DNA of 63,191 bases, filler included, from Globobulimina sp. (GCA_003354225.1; 45 parts of 45 records of this genome joined end to end with filler, not necessarily neighbours in it), one strand, 5' to 3'. Shown: positions 49,063-62,300, counted from the first letter of the whole stretch. Notes: generated by a model not told the origin, from the sequence alone. Translations and numbers: made by a program.

Positions 49063-49235
49063 TGTAATTAGATTTTATTTATTTTTATATTAAAATTATC
49101 GTGATTTGGGTATTGGGTTTGCTTTTTGTTAATTTNNNNNNNNNNNNNNNNNNNNNNNNNNNNNNNNNNNNNNNNNNNNTTAATTAATTAANNNNNNNNN
49201 NNNNNNNNNNNNNNNNNNNNNNNNNNNNNNNNNNN

Positions 49236-50541
49236 GTCAATAATAAAACTATCATATCAGCGAACATCATTTGAATTGCAAATACTGTCAAAACTCCAAA
49301 AAGAAAGATTTTCCAAAACCCGTTTCGCAATGTTTCTTGCAAATAGGCATAAACCATAAAAGTATCAAAATAATACGTATCTGTTAAATCACTGGCTACA
49401 GCAATATCTTTATACACCTTTTCATACTCAAAATAATCTCCAATTGGTTCGATAGCATACGAATGTCTCGAGAATTTAGTTGAAAATATATTCTCTTTCT
49501 CGTCATCAAATAAAATATATTGCTCAAACATGGGATACGCGACTAAAAATTCGTCACGTAATACATCATAAATATCGCCATCTGTGACATTGGTGTCATT
49601 CGACCACAGTAAAAATAGCGTGACCCATTGATAAACTTCGCTAATCTTAACTTGGTCACTCATATTATTCAATGACTCAAAATAATGTAACAGTTTATTT
49701 GTATCGTTGGCTAATTCTACATTTTGAACCATAAAATGACTGTCGGTCACGAATTGATTTGGAAACATTTCTTCGAACTTAGCATAATACGCATCCGTGT
49801 CCGATACAGTGGGTAATACCATTGCTCTCGAATGGCTAATGTCGAATGACTGCTTAATTGCTATGGCAGCAGCAAGCGATAGACACATAATAGTGACTGC
49901 TATTAGAAACACCAAAGCTGTACAGAATGTATTCTTAAATATTAAATAGCTTTTTATTTTCCATAATAACTGCTCTGCCCATGATTGTGCTTCGATTTTG
50001 ATAAAATCATCTTCCTCCACTTCCAATTCACTTTCTTCATCCTTCGCTTCATCATTCTGTATGTTTTTATTATAAACTGGATCCTCTGCAATTTTTGTAT
50101 GCACAATGCACGGCAAAAAAAAATTTCGTTGACTTTCCATGCGCCGAATGTCATAAACAAATAACGGTACAAAAATAAGAAATTGAAATAAAAATAAGCC
50201 GACAAACGACCATATCATAAATGATGCAAATGCAGAAATAGCTGGGATCTCTGCAATATACGCAAACAAAAATGGTACACATGATGAGACAAACGTTAAT
50301 GACAAACAATGGCCTGTTTGCAATATGCATACTGCAAACCGTTTCTGCGCATCATCGTCACCATCGTCTTCAGTGACATTAATTTGCTTCGAAAACGCGT
50401 CACAAATAACCATTGTATTGTTTGCACCGATTCCCAAAATCAAAAATGGAACCACTATACAAACAAAATTAAATTTGATACCACAATAAAAAGTAAACCC
50501 AAAACCAAACGCTAACGAGCATAAAACTGTAAATATAACAA
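49236..50541 (-). CDS. Patched/NPC1-like sterol-sensing RND protein, partial
   Basis: VPFLILGIGANN, TG..LSLT, IPAISAF, D.RR.E..R, followed by a large luminal loop. Confidence 0.85.
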
Positions 50542-50641
50542 NNNNNNNNNNNNNNNNNNNNNNNNNNNNNNNNNNNNNNNNNNNNTTAATTAATTAANNN
50601 NNNNNNNNNNNNNNNNNNNNNNNNNNNNNNNNNNNNNNNNN

Positions 50642-51211
50642 TTATTGATGATGACAAAGGAAATGAAGAAAACGAGTGTTTCTGTAAATATTTCCGGGAA
50701 CAATATGATAAAATATAATATGGTACCATGCGATGTAATGATTCTTGCGATAGCAATTTTGCTTTACATATCGCATTGATCCAATCGTTTGAATTATATT
50801 TTGATTTTATATGATTCATTTTTAATTGAAATGTTTGATTTGAACCAACAAAATGAAGATTAAATCTATTATCTATATATTGTCTAAATGACTTATCATA
50901 TGTTGTTATAATTGTATTGTAATCAATTATCATTGCTTCGGTTGGTTTGTGTGATTTCTTTTTCACTTTTTTATATGATGAGTATGCTGGTTTATTATAA
51001 TTCTCTTTAAATGTACATAACACAAATGTAAATTTGCATCGTTTTAAAACTGCCCATCTCACTCTCCATCTGCCTAAATACCGACTTTTCTTTTCGATCC
51101 AACCTTCAATCAATATATCGCCATGATTCTTATTACCATATATTGACTTTGGATTTGAGTAATGACCGTTGCGATCAGTTTGTGAGATGTATAATATGTT
51201 GCTGCTTGCCA
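50642..51211 (-). CDS. PH-domain protein, 3'-partial
   Basis: EGWIEKKSRYLGRWRVRWAVL...DWINAI. Confidence 0.8.
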
Positions 51212-52047
51212 TTTGAATCAGAGAGTTGAGTGTGATTCGGTCAAAAACTCGCTTATCAAAAACATAAATACGCTGCCAATTTGATATATATATATCCATA
51301 ACGATAGTCATTTGTGTCAAGGAACACATTATTTGGTGAAACTGCATTTTGCATTTAAGAAACAAAAATGAACAATTTTCGGAGAATTTGGAAAGATTCA
51401 GCTGCAAATCCACAGCGAATATTCGCAAAAAAAAATATGCATTTTATATATTGAAATTACAAAATGCAAACACAAATTGTGTCCATCAATGGTGAATCAA
51501 TTGATTTAAATAAATTGGTGTGTTTATCATCGATATTATCTGACATTTTATATCGAATACGAATAGAACCGGAAAAGTCGCGCTTTAAATATGATTGCAA
51601 AACGTCGGTGGAATTTCTCGACAATCGTATACTTCGGTTGTATTTACCGTTTGTAGTCACATTATTCGGTAAAAGATATAACTTATTTTCATGCAGTATT
51701 TTTAAAAATGGGATCGGCTTTGTCCAGAAAAACGGCTTTATATTTGGAATTTTCGAGAGAGTAAAGCCATAACTCATATTGGAATTAATATTCTCTGACA
51801 AAGACATTGGATTCGCAGGAGATTTTGAATCAATGCGGCTATATGAGAAACTTGTTCTAACATTATTTAGTAGAATTAAGAAAAGAGGATTCTTTGTCTT
51901 TTTGTTAAATGACTCAGGAATTGAAAATGACTTTGATACAGTTATTGNNNNNNNNNNNNNNNNNNNNNNNNNNNNNNNNNNNNNNNNNNNNTTAATTAAT
52001 TAANNNNNNNNNNNNNNNNNNNNNNNNNNNNNNNNNNNNNNNNNNNN

Positions 52048-53255
52048 TGACTTATTTTCATGATCCATATTTTGTGCCATTTGCTCCAAATGTAATGATT
52101 TATAATCATCATATTCAACTTTAAACTCTTCAAAATTATGTAATACCACAGACATTCCAAATGATATTGACTGAATTTTTTCGTCTTTTTCTAAAATGGG
52201 AGGTAATGTAATATCAAAACTATTATCAAATTTAATATCCATCAATTTGGGATGTAACGACGTATAATAACCATCTAATTCCGGGCAACCGAGATTAAAC
52301 TGAATTTTTACTGGTTTTGTAACACCAATCAGTTCCATTTTAATATCAAATAAGTTCTGAATTTTGGTCAATTGAGGCCTGAACACAACATTATTTCCCT
52401 CTGATAGTTTACATGTAACAGTACGTCCACCAATCTTGAGATTATCATATTTTTCTGAGACTCTTGTTATTAATTTGAACGTCTTCGCTGTCATCTTATA
52501 TTTGGTTGTAAACACTGGAAACAACATGACATTATGTTTAATTTTTAAATATGAAATAAATGCACCAAACTCGCCATTTTTTCCAACAAACATTACCTGT
52601 AAATTGTCATATAATTCTGGGATTTGATATGTATTCAACCAGATTTTATGTTTATTTATGATTAATGATCCAATCAAAGAGCTTAAATATTTGGAAGATG
52701 GTGATATTGTATCATTCATTATTGATTTTAACAAAATACATAATCTGTTTTGATTCTTTTTTTTCAACAATTGTTTGGAATGAATCTTATTTCCATGCAC
52801 TAATAAATCATATAAAGACAGAGTATTCATCAATATATTTCCAATCCAACTCCTTTCAGTTGGAACAAATATATCTTTGATATGTAATCTTGTTTCAAAT
52901 ATTAAATGTTCACTTTCTTCAAAGCAACTAAATAAAGCCATGTCGAGCGTTCGTATAAATTCGGATGACTCACTGCTTTCAAATTTAATCACAATCCCAG
53001 AACCTGTACCAAATGTAGTTGCAACTGATGATGCGCTGGTGGTTGATGTAGGCGCATCGAATGAACAATACAATGTGGAGAATAATAAAGGAACCGACAT
53101 TCCGTGGTATAATACCGTAATTTTGCTGTCCTTTGATGCGTAATTTTGCTTCATATAATAACCGACCCATATTTGCAAACTGAGCATGTCGCTCTTTTTG
53201 TTTTTTCATCTCTTCATTTGCATGAATCTTTCGATACGTTTCTCTGTGTAAATGT
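52048..53255 (-). pseudogene. Divergent ADP-ribosyltransferase-like domain protein, copy 3, frameshifted near 53145
   Basis: RETYR..RHAQFANMGRLLYEA lies in one frame; LYHGMS, PTSTT..VA..F, GIVIKF and FEESEHLIF lie in another. Confidence 0.65.
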
Positions 53256-53453
53256 CATAAATATTGAATTAACGTAGAGATCGCTGCCTAAACCTAAACG
53301 TAAAGCCAGACAACGAAGGCAGTCCATACCGCCGCGATCCGCCAGAAAGAATANNNNNNNNNNNNNNNNNNNNNNNNNNNNNNNNNNNNNNNNNNNNTTA
53401 ATTAATTAANNNNNNNNNNNNNNNNNNNNNNNNNNNNNNNNNNNNNNNNNNNN

Positions 53454-54447
53454 TGCGTCCAAATCCATGGATAAGGCGGTAAATTATATGGCGTATTTGC
53501 ATCGCTTTGATGATGATGAAATAGAGCAAGAAAGCGACGATTTTGCTGACAACAATGATTTTGATAAAATAATAAAAAGCTATAATCAGGGAAATAAAAA
53601 GAATTTTGGTACAGAGAGACACGAAAAGAGCCTGAAAGCAATAAACTCGATTTTAGAATTAGACGAAGTGGAACCGCTTATAATGTCATTCAAAGAAGGA
53701 AAGGCAAATAACAGTGATAAATCCAACTACGTTCTATTACGAAATGGAATTGATATTTTAAAGCAGGGATTGTATCTTTGCTACAATTCATTATTCATTT
53801 TAGGTATCAGAGAGATAACGATGAACATAAGAGATATTACAGTGATATTAAAATCAGGCAAACCAGCAAAATATATGGATAGCTACAGACCCGTTTCCTT
53901 GCAGTCGAGCTGTAGTAATCCGTACGATAAATGGATGGCGGCTAAATATTTAAAGTATGGGATTGAAATGAAAATAATTAAAGAGAGACACTTTGGATTT
54001 GTGAAAGGATTAGGTTGTGTTGACGCGATTGGATACATTGTAGAGCAGATTTGGAATAATAGAGTTATTAAGAAAGATACGCATATATTATTTATAGATT
54101 TTAAAGCAGCATTTGACACAATTCAACATAAAATAATATTAGAATGCATTAGTATTAATATAGGTATCAAAGGATTTGCGTTTGAATATTTATTTGTTGC
54201 ATTAGAATTTAGATGGGGCAGAGTCAAAATATATGGATATTATTGTACGTGGAGACAGGATATTTGTGGTGTACCACAAGGATGGCCCCCTTCGTCGATA
54301 TTATTCATATTCTTTACAATTGAATTTGATGCATTGAATGGACTTAAAATTGGTTTAGTTATCGTAGGATATGCCGACGATAATACTGTGTTTTCGGATG
54401 GATCAGTCAACGGAGAGGAGCTGAGACGAAACATTCAATATGATTGA
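53454..54447 (+). mobile_element. Non-LTR (LINE-like) reverse transcriptase, truncated just after YADD
   Basis: SYRPVSL, HFGF, FIDFKAAFD, GVPQG..S.ILF, YADD. Confidence 0.92.
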
Positions 54448-54859
54448 AATTGATAACAAATTATACAGAAACGATTTGAATGAGACGTGGATCTTTGTCG
54501 ATGACGAAGACAACAAAAGTGATGAATTCAGTGATAAATCGATTATAACGGTAAATATTAGAAAGAAAATAAAGAAGAGATACCATTTATTTCATGAATT
54601 GTTTGACGCAGCGATAAAATTGAAAAGTACCGACGTGAAATACATGAAAAACGTCGATTTTAATGTTGTCCCAAAGCGGTTATCGTATCATCTAAAAATT
54701 ATGAAGACACCAAATAATTTAAAGAGTCATATTGAAGATGTGAATGGGCAAAAAATATCNNNNNNNNNNNNNNNNNNNNNNNNNNNNNNNNNNNNNNNNN
54801 NNNTTAATTAATTAANNNNNNNNNNNNNNNNNNNNNNNNNNNNNNNNNNNNNNNNNNNN

Positions 54860-55791
54860 AGAGAGACTTACAATTGGCATTGATTCCTGATGCAGCAGAT
54901 GATGATATAAATGAATTAGAAAATTATATTACTGATTGGGAGTCGAAGAGTGGTCATTATTCAGATAACAGGATAACAAAATATATTGCAGATAATCCGC
55001 ATGATATTAGACATTTATTATCATTTAAACCGAAGGATTATAGGAATATTACCAAAACAGGTCCATTGCATCTGTTGCATATGGTTTTTGTTGGGTTTGT
55101 GCAGGAAACATGGAAGGAGATCCGTGGTGATGGCGATTATAAGAATCTTAATAATTGCGGCAGAGTTTGCGTATGTTTTGGATTATTTTTTTTATGTTTT
55201 GGAATATATGTATTGGTGCCATGCGCGGTTTTATTAGTATTAACCTCGTTGTTTTATCCAATTATCGCAATAATAATTACCTATTTTGTCAGTGGTTTTG
55301 AAGCAATCCATTATTTGCAATTGACATTGACAGTAATTTACGTTTTTGTATTACTATCATTATTAATTATGATGCCAAGAGTTTATAAATTCCAACATGC
55401 AAATTATCATTTTTATGCATCACGATGGAATGTTTGTAAATTTTCGAATTCGGGGAATGCATCAATTACTGTACCAAGAAAACAACAATTTGCAATAAAA
55501 TACATTCAATTATATGCTACAATGCAAAGAAATGAAATCATTAAGGAGTTTTGGGGTGATCTGTCTGCAGAATTTATGCTATTTTTACCACCAACACAGA
55601 TTATTGAAGTGGAATTAATGAATCTTCAATCTGGAATTAATGAATCTTCACAAGTGGCATTAATGAATCTTCTATTATATAATAACTCAATCAAAGAAGC
55701 TGTTGGTAAACGTCTCCAATTATTACAACAGCAAGTTACAAATGCAAACAACACCAAAATGCAAAAGACTTTGTTGGATTACATGGACTGA
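54860..55791 (+). CDS. Hypothetical membrane protein (about 3 TM), 5'-partial
   Basis: About 310 open codons with a hydrophobic cluster. Confidence 0.65.
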
Positions 55792-55896
55792 AAACAAAAA
55801 TGTACACTTGGATGTGATAGGTGTTTGCACTTATCATGTTTATTTTTCGCATTGTTTTCATTTTTATTCATTTCTCTAGAAAACCTCCCAAGTGTC

Positions 55897-56165
55897 ATGA
55901 CTCCATCTACACTATTACTCACCACCTTAATTTCAATCACGTTCTATATCTCGCATTCAGAAGTTAAAAATTGCCAAGGGGATTGTGCTTGCGACGCAGA
56001 TAGAACCTCACAAACTTGCACATTAAAGTTAAACCGAAATCTACAAATCCAAACCACCTCTACAAACAATATACAATACACACCAAAGTTGCGCCACTGC
56101 AGACAGTTGCAAAAAAAGCACATTAACCTGCGGAGCGGGCAGACCATGCAACGTATATTGCACTA
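55897..56165 (+). CDS. Secreted Cys-rich protein N-terminus; intron 56028-56088
   Basis: Signal peptide MTPSTLLL...; spliced CTLNCATADSCKKSTLTCGAGRPCNVYC. Confidence 0.7.
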
Positions 56166-56265
56166 NNNNNNNNNNNNNNNNNNNNNNNNNNNNNNNNNNN
56201 NNNNNNNNNTTAATTAATTAANNNNNNNNNNNNNNNNNNNNNNNNNNNNNNNNNNNNNNNNNNNN

Positions 56266-56725
56266 GGTGTGGAACTGTATTAAATCCACCAATTAATGTT
56301 TCATTCTGTACTGCAGACTGCGTTGATCGTTGACGGGTATTTTGTGTTGCAGTATGAGTTGAATTTTGTGCAGTTATTGGTTCTGCGTTATATCCTGCAA
56401 ATTGTTGAGTGTTATTATTATTATAATGTTGTTGGTTGTTATTGCTATTGTTTGAAAGTATATTTATTAAATTATTTAAATCATTGGCAGTCCATTCTCT
56501 ATTTTGTTTGTATTGTTGTTGATCATGTTGTAATTGCTGTTGATTATTTGTAGTTGTATATAATTGTTGAGGTTGATATTGTTGAGTTGAATTCATATTA
56601 GTCGATATTGATTGTAATGGCATTGACGTGGATTGTTGTTGTTGTTGCTGTTGTAAATTGTTTAATTGTATTTGTTGTTGATTATAAACGTTTTCATTTT
56701 GGAATGTTTGATGGAGATTATTCAT
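56266..56725 (-). CDS. Q/N-rich low-complexity protein N-terminus, 3'-partial
   Basis: ATG-started ORF with polyQ and polyN. Confidence 0.6.
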
Positions 56726-57058
56726 GACTGCTGACTGTGTGTCACTGTGCGAACAATTTAGTTGTTACGACAAAAAAGTGACGAAAGGATTACTACCAAA
56801 TAATTTGTTGACTGCTCGACTAAATAGCAAAAACAGTTATCTAATCGTCAAAAAGAGAATCAGTCATAAGCACCGGCATCTTGCTACCATAGGCATTAAC
56901 TGTAGATTCTCAGATTCTGATATGTAACAACTGTCTTTAGCTATTTTTTGTATAATTATTTCGGCAAAATATCTATTTTTATAATTATGAATGCAGCAGC
57001 TGAGAATTATGAAACTAAATAGTTTGTGACGACTGCAACTAAAAAGTAAAACTAAATC

Positions 57059-57095
57059 GTTGCCTAAATAGTTGGAAAGCAACTATTTAGGCAAC
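57059..57095. repeat. Perfect 16-bp inverted repeat with 5-nt loop between divergent ORFs
   Basis: GTTGCCTAAATAGTTG-GAAAG-CAACTATTTAGGCAAC. Confidence 0.9.
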
Positions 57096-57191
57096 TATTT
57101 AGGAAACCTAGGCTCCTTTTCCAAAATAAAATAATATCCAGAATGATTTTTTTTTTGAGGTGAAAAACTAAAAAAAACTTTTCTCAGAAAG

Positions 57192-57571
57192 ATGAGATCA
57201 CAACGGCCGGAATATATGAGTGAGGAAGAAATAAGTGTCTTAGCATTGGAAATTATGAAAGATTTGCGCAGAGTGAGTACAAAAACAAACATTGAAACTA
57301 TTTATAACATTGTACCATTACAAGCAGATGATTCGTTACATGGCATCCCACCGATACCAACTCCCAAAACGAACAATTATGATTCCGGTCATAAAAAACG
57401 TGGTATAAGCAACACCAAAAAATTAGAAACAAATTCAATTAATTCAGGCGATACAATTGATACAAACCCATCAATACAATCTATAACACCCTCTGATATC
57501 TCCCTCAATATCACTGGATATTCTCCACATTCATCAAAATTCAGTCAATCAACATCCATTTGTGTATCGAT
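57192..57571 (+). CDS. Hypothetical Ser/Thr-rich protein, 3'-partial
   Basis: ATG-started open frame to the contig end. Confidence 0.45.
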
Positions 57572-59186
57572 NNNNNNNNNNNNNNNNNNNNNNNNNNNNN
57601 NNNNNNNNNNNNNNNTTAATTAATTAANNNNNNNNNNNNNNNNNNNNNNNNNNNNNNNNNNNNNNNNNNNNAAAACATACCGATGTTCACATTGTTAAGC
57701 TGATAATGGCTGGCCGTCGTCGACATTTTATGCGATTTAAATCACGTAAATAACTGTTGACATTTATTCAAATGCAATGTTTGATAATGCGTGATAATAA
57801 AAAGTATTGTTTCTGTTTTTTTCACGGATGTTTTTGTCCAATTTTTTTCAGTTGTTTGTTTGTTTGCTTTTTTGTTGTTGTTGTGCTTTGTTTGTAACAT
57901 ATTGTATCATTGGTGTTGCATTCGTATATTTTTTTGCTGTGTTTGTTTGATGATTTCTTTCATAATATTGGGTGGTTTATTTTTCTTCGTATCCTCTTTG
58001 TTAATTCAATTTTAATTCAGTTTTAAATTCAGATCGAAATAAATTAATTGTCGAATCTGCGAAAACATCTGTCTGTATACGTAAAGTACTAAAAACACTC
58101 AGTCAGATTTTATTTGGATGTGTCAAAACAGATTTGCTCAAAAACAAATTAACACGTCTTGCGCCAGAAACGTGTTCTTATATTGCAGAGTGTTCTGAAT
58201 TTAAAAAATCTGAAACCAAACCACCTAAATTAAGAACACTCTGAAAACAAGTACTGACAAAGTATATTTCTAACACAATAGCGTAGATACTAAAAAATAG
58301 AATATACGAAAACACAGATTTGTGTACTTACCTTTTACCAATTAATTGTTGGTTAATGTCCAAAAAATAAATTTTATTTTTCTTTTCTCTCGCAGCTTTT
58401 TTGTGTTATATGAAAACGGTTTCAATACATCAAATCTCACACTTTTATAATATCAATATTCTGCACTTTATTTTGATAATACATTCACATTATTGAATAC
58501 ATTTGGAATTGTAACTACTTTGGAGACCATATTAAAGGTACAACAGAAAACGGCGTACAAATATTAATGTAGCTATTGTATACCGCCTACATTTGTATAT
58601 TATATTTAAATTCAATAATTGATACAAATTAAAATTGACAGTTTTGACACTAATTATATCAATCGATCATACAAAGCTTCGTTTAGTAGTTTATTCCGTC
58701 ACCATTTTCATGATACAATTTTCCGCAAAACAATGCAGTTAAACACATTTTATTTCATGAATGAACAATGACACTGCACATATTACTATAAACCTTGAGC
58801 CACTGCTTAATTCATATTCATATTAATTGGTTTGTTTTTCTTCATCATTAATTTTAATATTATATGCAAATCATAAATTGACTCATCTTAGTGACGCTAC
58901 ATACAGCATACATTACTATTTATATATCGATCGATCATATAAACCGTGAGTCACTGTTTCATATTGGTGTTATGTANNNNNNNNNNNNNNNNNNNNNNNN
59001 NNNNNNNNNNNNNNNNNNNNTTAATTAATTAANNNNNNNNNNNNNNNNNNNNNNNNNNNNNNNNNNNNNNNNNNNNACGAGCCCAATAAGGTAATTTGTT
59101 TAGAAACGTATACCTAAATGCTATTCTGCGCAGTTACTAAAAATAGCATACATTAAAAAGAAGACTCTCAGCGTCTTCACAGAAGG

Positions 59187-59194
59187 TATATAAA
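59187..59194 (+). promoter_or_regulatory. TATA box, followed by a probable 5'-UTR intron 59319-59572
   Basis: GGTATATAAAGG with Inr-like TTCATT about 30 nt downstream; GTAAGT donor and TTTCAG acceptor 28 nt before AAAATGG. Confidence 0.6.
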
Positions 59195-59600
59195 GGCCAG
59201 GCTCTGTTTCGGCCATTTTCATTATTTAGTTTGTGTTACGACGTTTATTGTGACCGATTATTTTTAATCGTTGAATTATAATAGACATTTTATACCAGTA
59301 ATTTTTGAAATCAAGTTGGTAAGTACATAATTACTTAATATTCTGTCAGTACAGTATATTATCCTTCTTTTAAGGTTGTTAGTGTTGCATATTTTCCAGT
59401 TTTAACAAGTTGTTAAATAAGTATAAAATGTAGAAATTAGAAAAATTTACTGTAAAAAAAATAAGAAAAGAATGGACTTTTGAAAAGATTCCCTCCATAG
59501 AAATCAGCCTTTTTAAGATTTGACCATTACGTCTCAACGATTCACTCATATAATCGTGAATTTTCATTTCAGAAACCATTTCTTATTTTTCTAATCAAAA

Positions 59601-60381
59601 ATGGTGAAACCTAAAAATCAAGGATTTTGTCAACCGTGCGCTAAAAATTTCAAGGATTTATCTAATCATAGACGTCAAGTGCATAACGACAAATTAACTA
59701 TTTGTGGCTACTGTAGCAAATCTGTGAAACGAACTTATTTGCGTAAACACACTGAAAATTTACACCCAGGATTTGAACCAAAACACCGACCTCCAAGCCA
59801 AATATGCCCTCACTGTTCTAGGGATTTTTGCTATTCATCAAATGAATATTTTACAAACCATGTCACCAACTGTTATCAAAATCCTGCTTCTGAATTTCTT
59901 CAAAGAGCCTTTCATTGCAACTTCTGTACGAAAACCTTCATTAACAGACATAATCTTATGCTTCATACAGAACGACGCCATGAAACTGAGTCCCCTATGC
60001 AGGGAGAGCCTGCTACAGAACTTGAGCTTGCTGACTTCAGAGAGGACCACTTTGATTATGGACAATTATTTGTGAAAACAAAAGAACATGGAAAACATAG
60101 TAATAGATTTAAGGCTTCCGAAAAGACTGTCAAATTTCGAATTACTGAGCTCGGATTGCGTCTCTGCCGAGCTGGAATGATACTTCCAGTTGTGAGCAAA
60201 ATCTTATATGGTGTTATCGACATAGGTCAATATGACCCCGAAAGCCTAATTTCTGTTACCATTGACAGTCCAGGTCTCGACCATGGTCACACAAGTGGCC
60301 TTCAGCAAGTGAAACATTTTCAAACTGACCTGTTTTTGATGAATTTCGAAAAAATTATCGATAGTAGTGATGTCATTCGTC
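59601..60381 (+). CDS. C2H2 zinc-finger array fused to a region resembling the Polinton pPolB N-terminus, 3'-partial
   Basis: Four CxxC..H..H/C fingers; PESLISVTIDSPGLD...FEKIIDSSDVIR resembles the D.V.I.I.SP.LD...IE.VLQSN..F motif recalled from Polinton polymerases. Confidence 0.65.
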
Positions 60382-60617
60382 NNNNNNNNNNNNNNNNNNN
60401 NNNNNNNNNNNNNNNNNNNNNNNNNTTAATTAATTAANNNNNNNNNNNNNNNNNNNNNNNNNNNNNNNNNNNNNNNNNNNNAAATTATGATCTGACTGTT
60501 TATCTAATATTTGTAGTATTTTGTACACAAAGCAAAGAATAAGCAAACACACTGTACACAATACTTTACGTTAATTATTTCGTCAAAAACACATAAAAAA
60601 AAATAAGTGCAAGGATA

Positions 60618-61786
60618 TCAATCGCTCTTCTCATCATCATCACCATCCTCTTTATTTATTTCCATTGTCATTTTCTGCAATTCCTCCTTTGTATATGGCC
60701 TCATATTATCTGGCAAGGCACTCATTGATAAATGTATCTTTGATCCATATTTGTCATTCCATTCTATAAAATATTTCAACGACGACTCAGGAAGGGACGG
60801 TTTAACATTATTCAATGCCAAAGAAAAATGTTTCAATTCAATGGATGGCATATCGTTCAAATCTTTTATTTCAATGATCTTCGCTCCCAAATCACGAATT
60901 GGTCCCATCGACGCATCTTTGCACAATGTACTCAAATCAGAACATGAATATCCATTCGTTTTCGCCACAACTTGTTGAAAATCCTTCTCATTCATACTAT
61001 TTTTCTGTTTGGCCATTAGCAGTGTCAACAGTCCATATCGTGTGTCTTGATCAGGCAATGGAACCATAATCCTCTTACCAAACCTCCTCAGCACAGCCTC
61101 ATCCAATTGGGCCGGCAAGTTCGTCGCACCAATAACTAACACTCGCTTCTCCGCATCCGACGCTTTCTTGACCCCATCAAACTGTATCAGAAATTCAGTC
61201 TTTATCCTCCGACTGCTCTCTGCCTCGTTATTGCCACCGCGCGCTGTCAATAAACTGTCAATTTCGTCGATAAAGATGATGCTCGGCGCCTTTTCCCGCG
61301 CCAAGTCGAACAATGTCCGCATGATTCGCTCCGCGTCGCCCACAAATTTGGAGGTGATGGACGAGGCAGAAATACTAAAAAAAGTACCATCGCATCCGGC
61401 TGCCACACATTTGGCAATCATGGTTTTGCCGTTGCCGGGCGGCCCAAACAGCAATAAGCCAGAGGTTGGAGCCCGAAGTCCGGTGAATAAGTCAGGACAT
61501 AACGACGGTAATATTATGGTTTCATATAATGCCAATTTAACTGCTGCTAAACCCTGGACGTCACGGAACGAAATGTCTGGCTTTTCATCGATAATATCGG
61601 CTTCTAAACGCGATCGAAACTCAGAATCCTGTTTATTTTGTCGGTTTTGTTTCTTTTTTTTATGCTTTTTGTCCTTTTCTGATTCTGAATCTTCACTTTC
61701 ATTTTCGCTCTCACTTTTATTGGCTGCTTTTCTTTTTTTTTTATTGCTCGCTTTTGCTTTTTTTTTCTTCTTTTTTTTTGGTGTTG
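60618..61786 (-). CDS. Spastin/fidgetin-like microtubule-severing AAA ATPase, 5'-partial
   Basis: PDLFTGLRAP..GLLLFGPPGNGKT, IFIDEIDSLL, RRIKTEFLIQFDG, LDEAVLRRF. Confidence 0.95.
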
Positions 61787-61886
61787 NNNNNNNNNNNNNN
61801 NNNNNNNNNNNNNNNNNNNNNNNNNNNNNNTTAATTAATTAANNNNNNNNNNNNNNNNNNNNNNNNNNNNNNNNNNNNNNNNNNNN

Positions 61887-62300
61887 TAGGTATCAACACT
61901 AAAATGCATTGCGAGAAGCATCAACAGTAAAATACATCGGGATAGGCATCGGGATAGGCATCGGGATAGGCATCTGGATAGTCATCAACACTAAAATACA
62001 TCGTGATAGGCATCGGGATAGTCATCGGGATAGGCATCGGAATAGTCATCGGATAGTCATCAACACTAAAATACATCGGCATCAACACTAAACTGCATCG
62101 GGATACATCGGATATACATTAATATGACATTAATATGGCATTAATATCTCATTAATATGACAATAATATAATGTAATCTTTTAGCATTAATATATCATTA
62201 ATACTACATTAATATCCAATATTTATCAATATGCATTAATATGACATTAATATGATGATAGAGCATTAATACTGCATAATATAGCATTAATATCGCATTA
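61887..62300. repeat. Two adjacent minisatellites: 12-bp CATCGGGATAG(G/T) mixed with CATCAACACTAAAATA, then about 11-bp CATTAATAT(GA)
   Basis: Directly visible. Confidence 0.9.

Noticed and set aside
57672-58976. Coding or RNA gene
   Set aside because: No credible ORF or RNA motif; appears intergenic
60607-61842. Plus-strand ORFs 60607-60978 and 61168-61842
   Set aside because: Antisense shadows of the spastin-like ATPase
1309-61886. Regularly spaced TTAATTAATTAA as a biological repeat or CRISPR-like array
   Set aside because: Always embedded in identical N padding between length-sorted contigs; it is a concatenation linker
61887-62110. CRISPR or telomeric array, and the GIGIGI ORF 61909-62091
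   Set aside because: Irregular 12-bp minisatellite without spacers; the ORF is a by-product of the repeat
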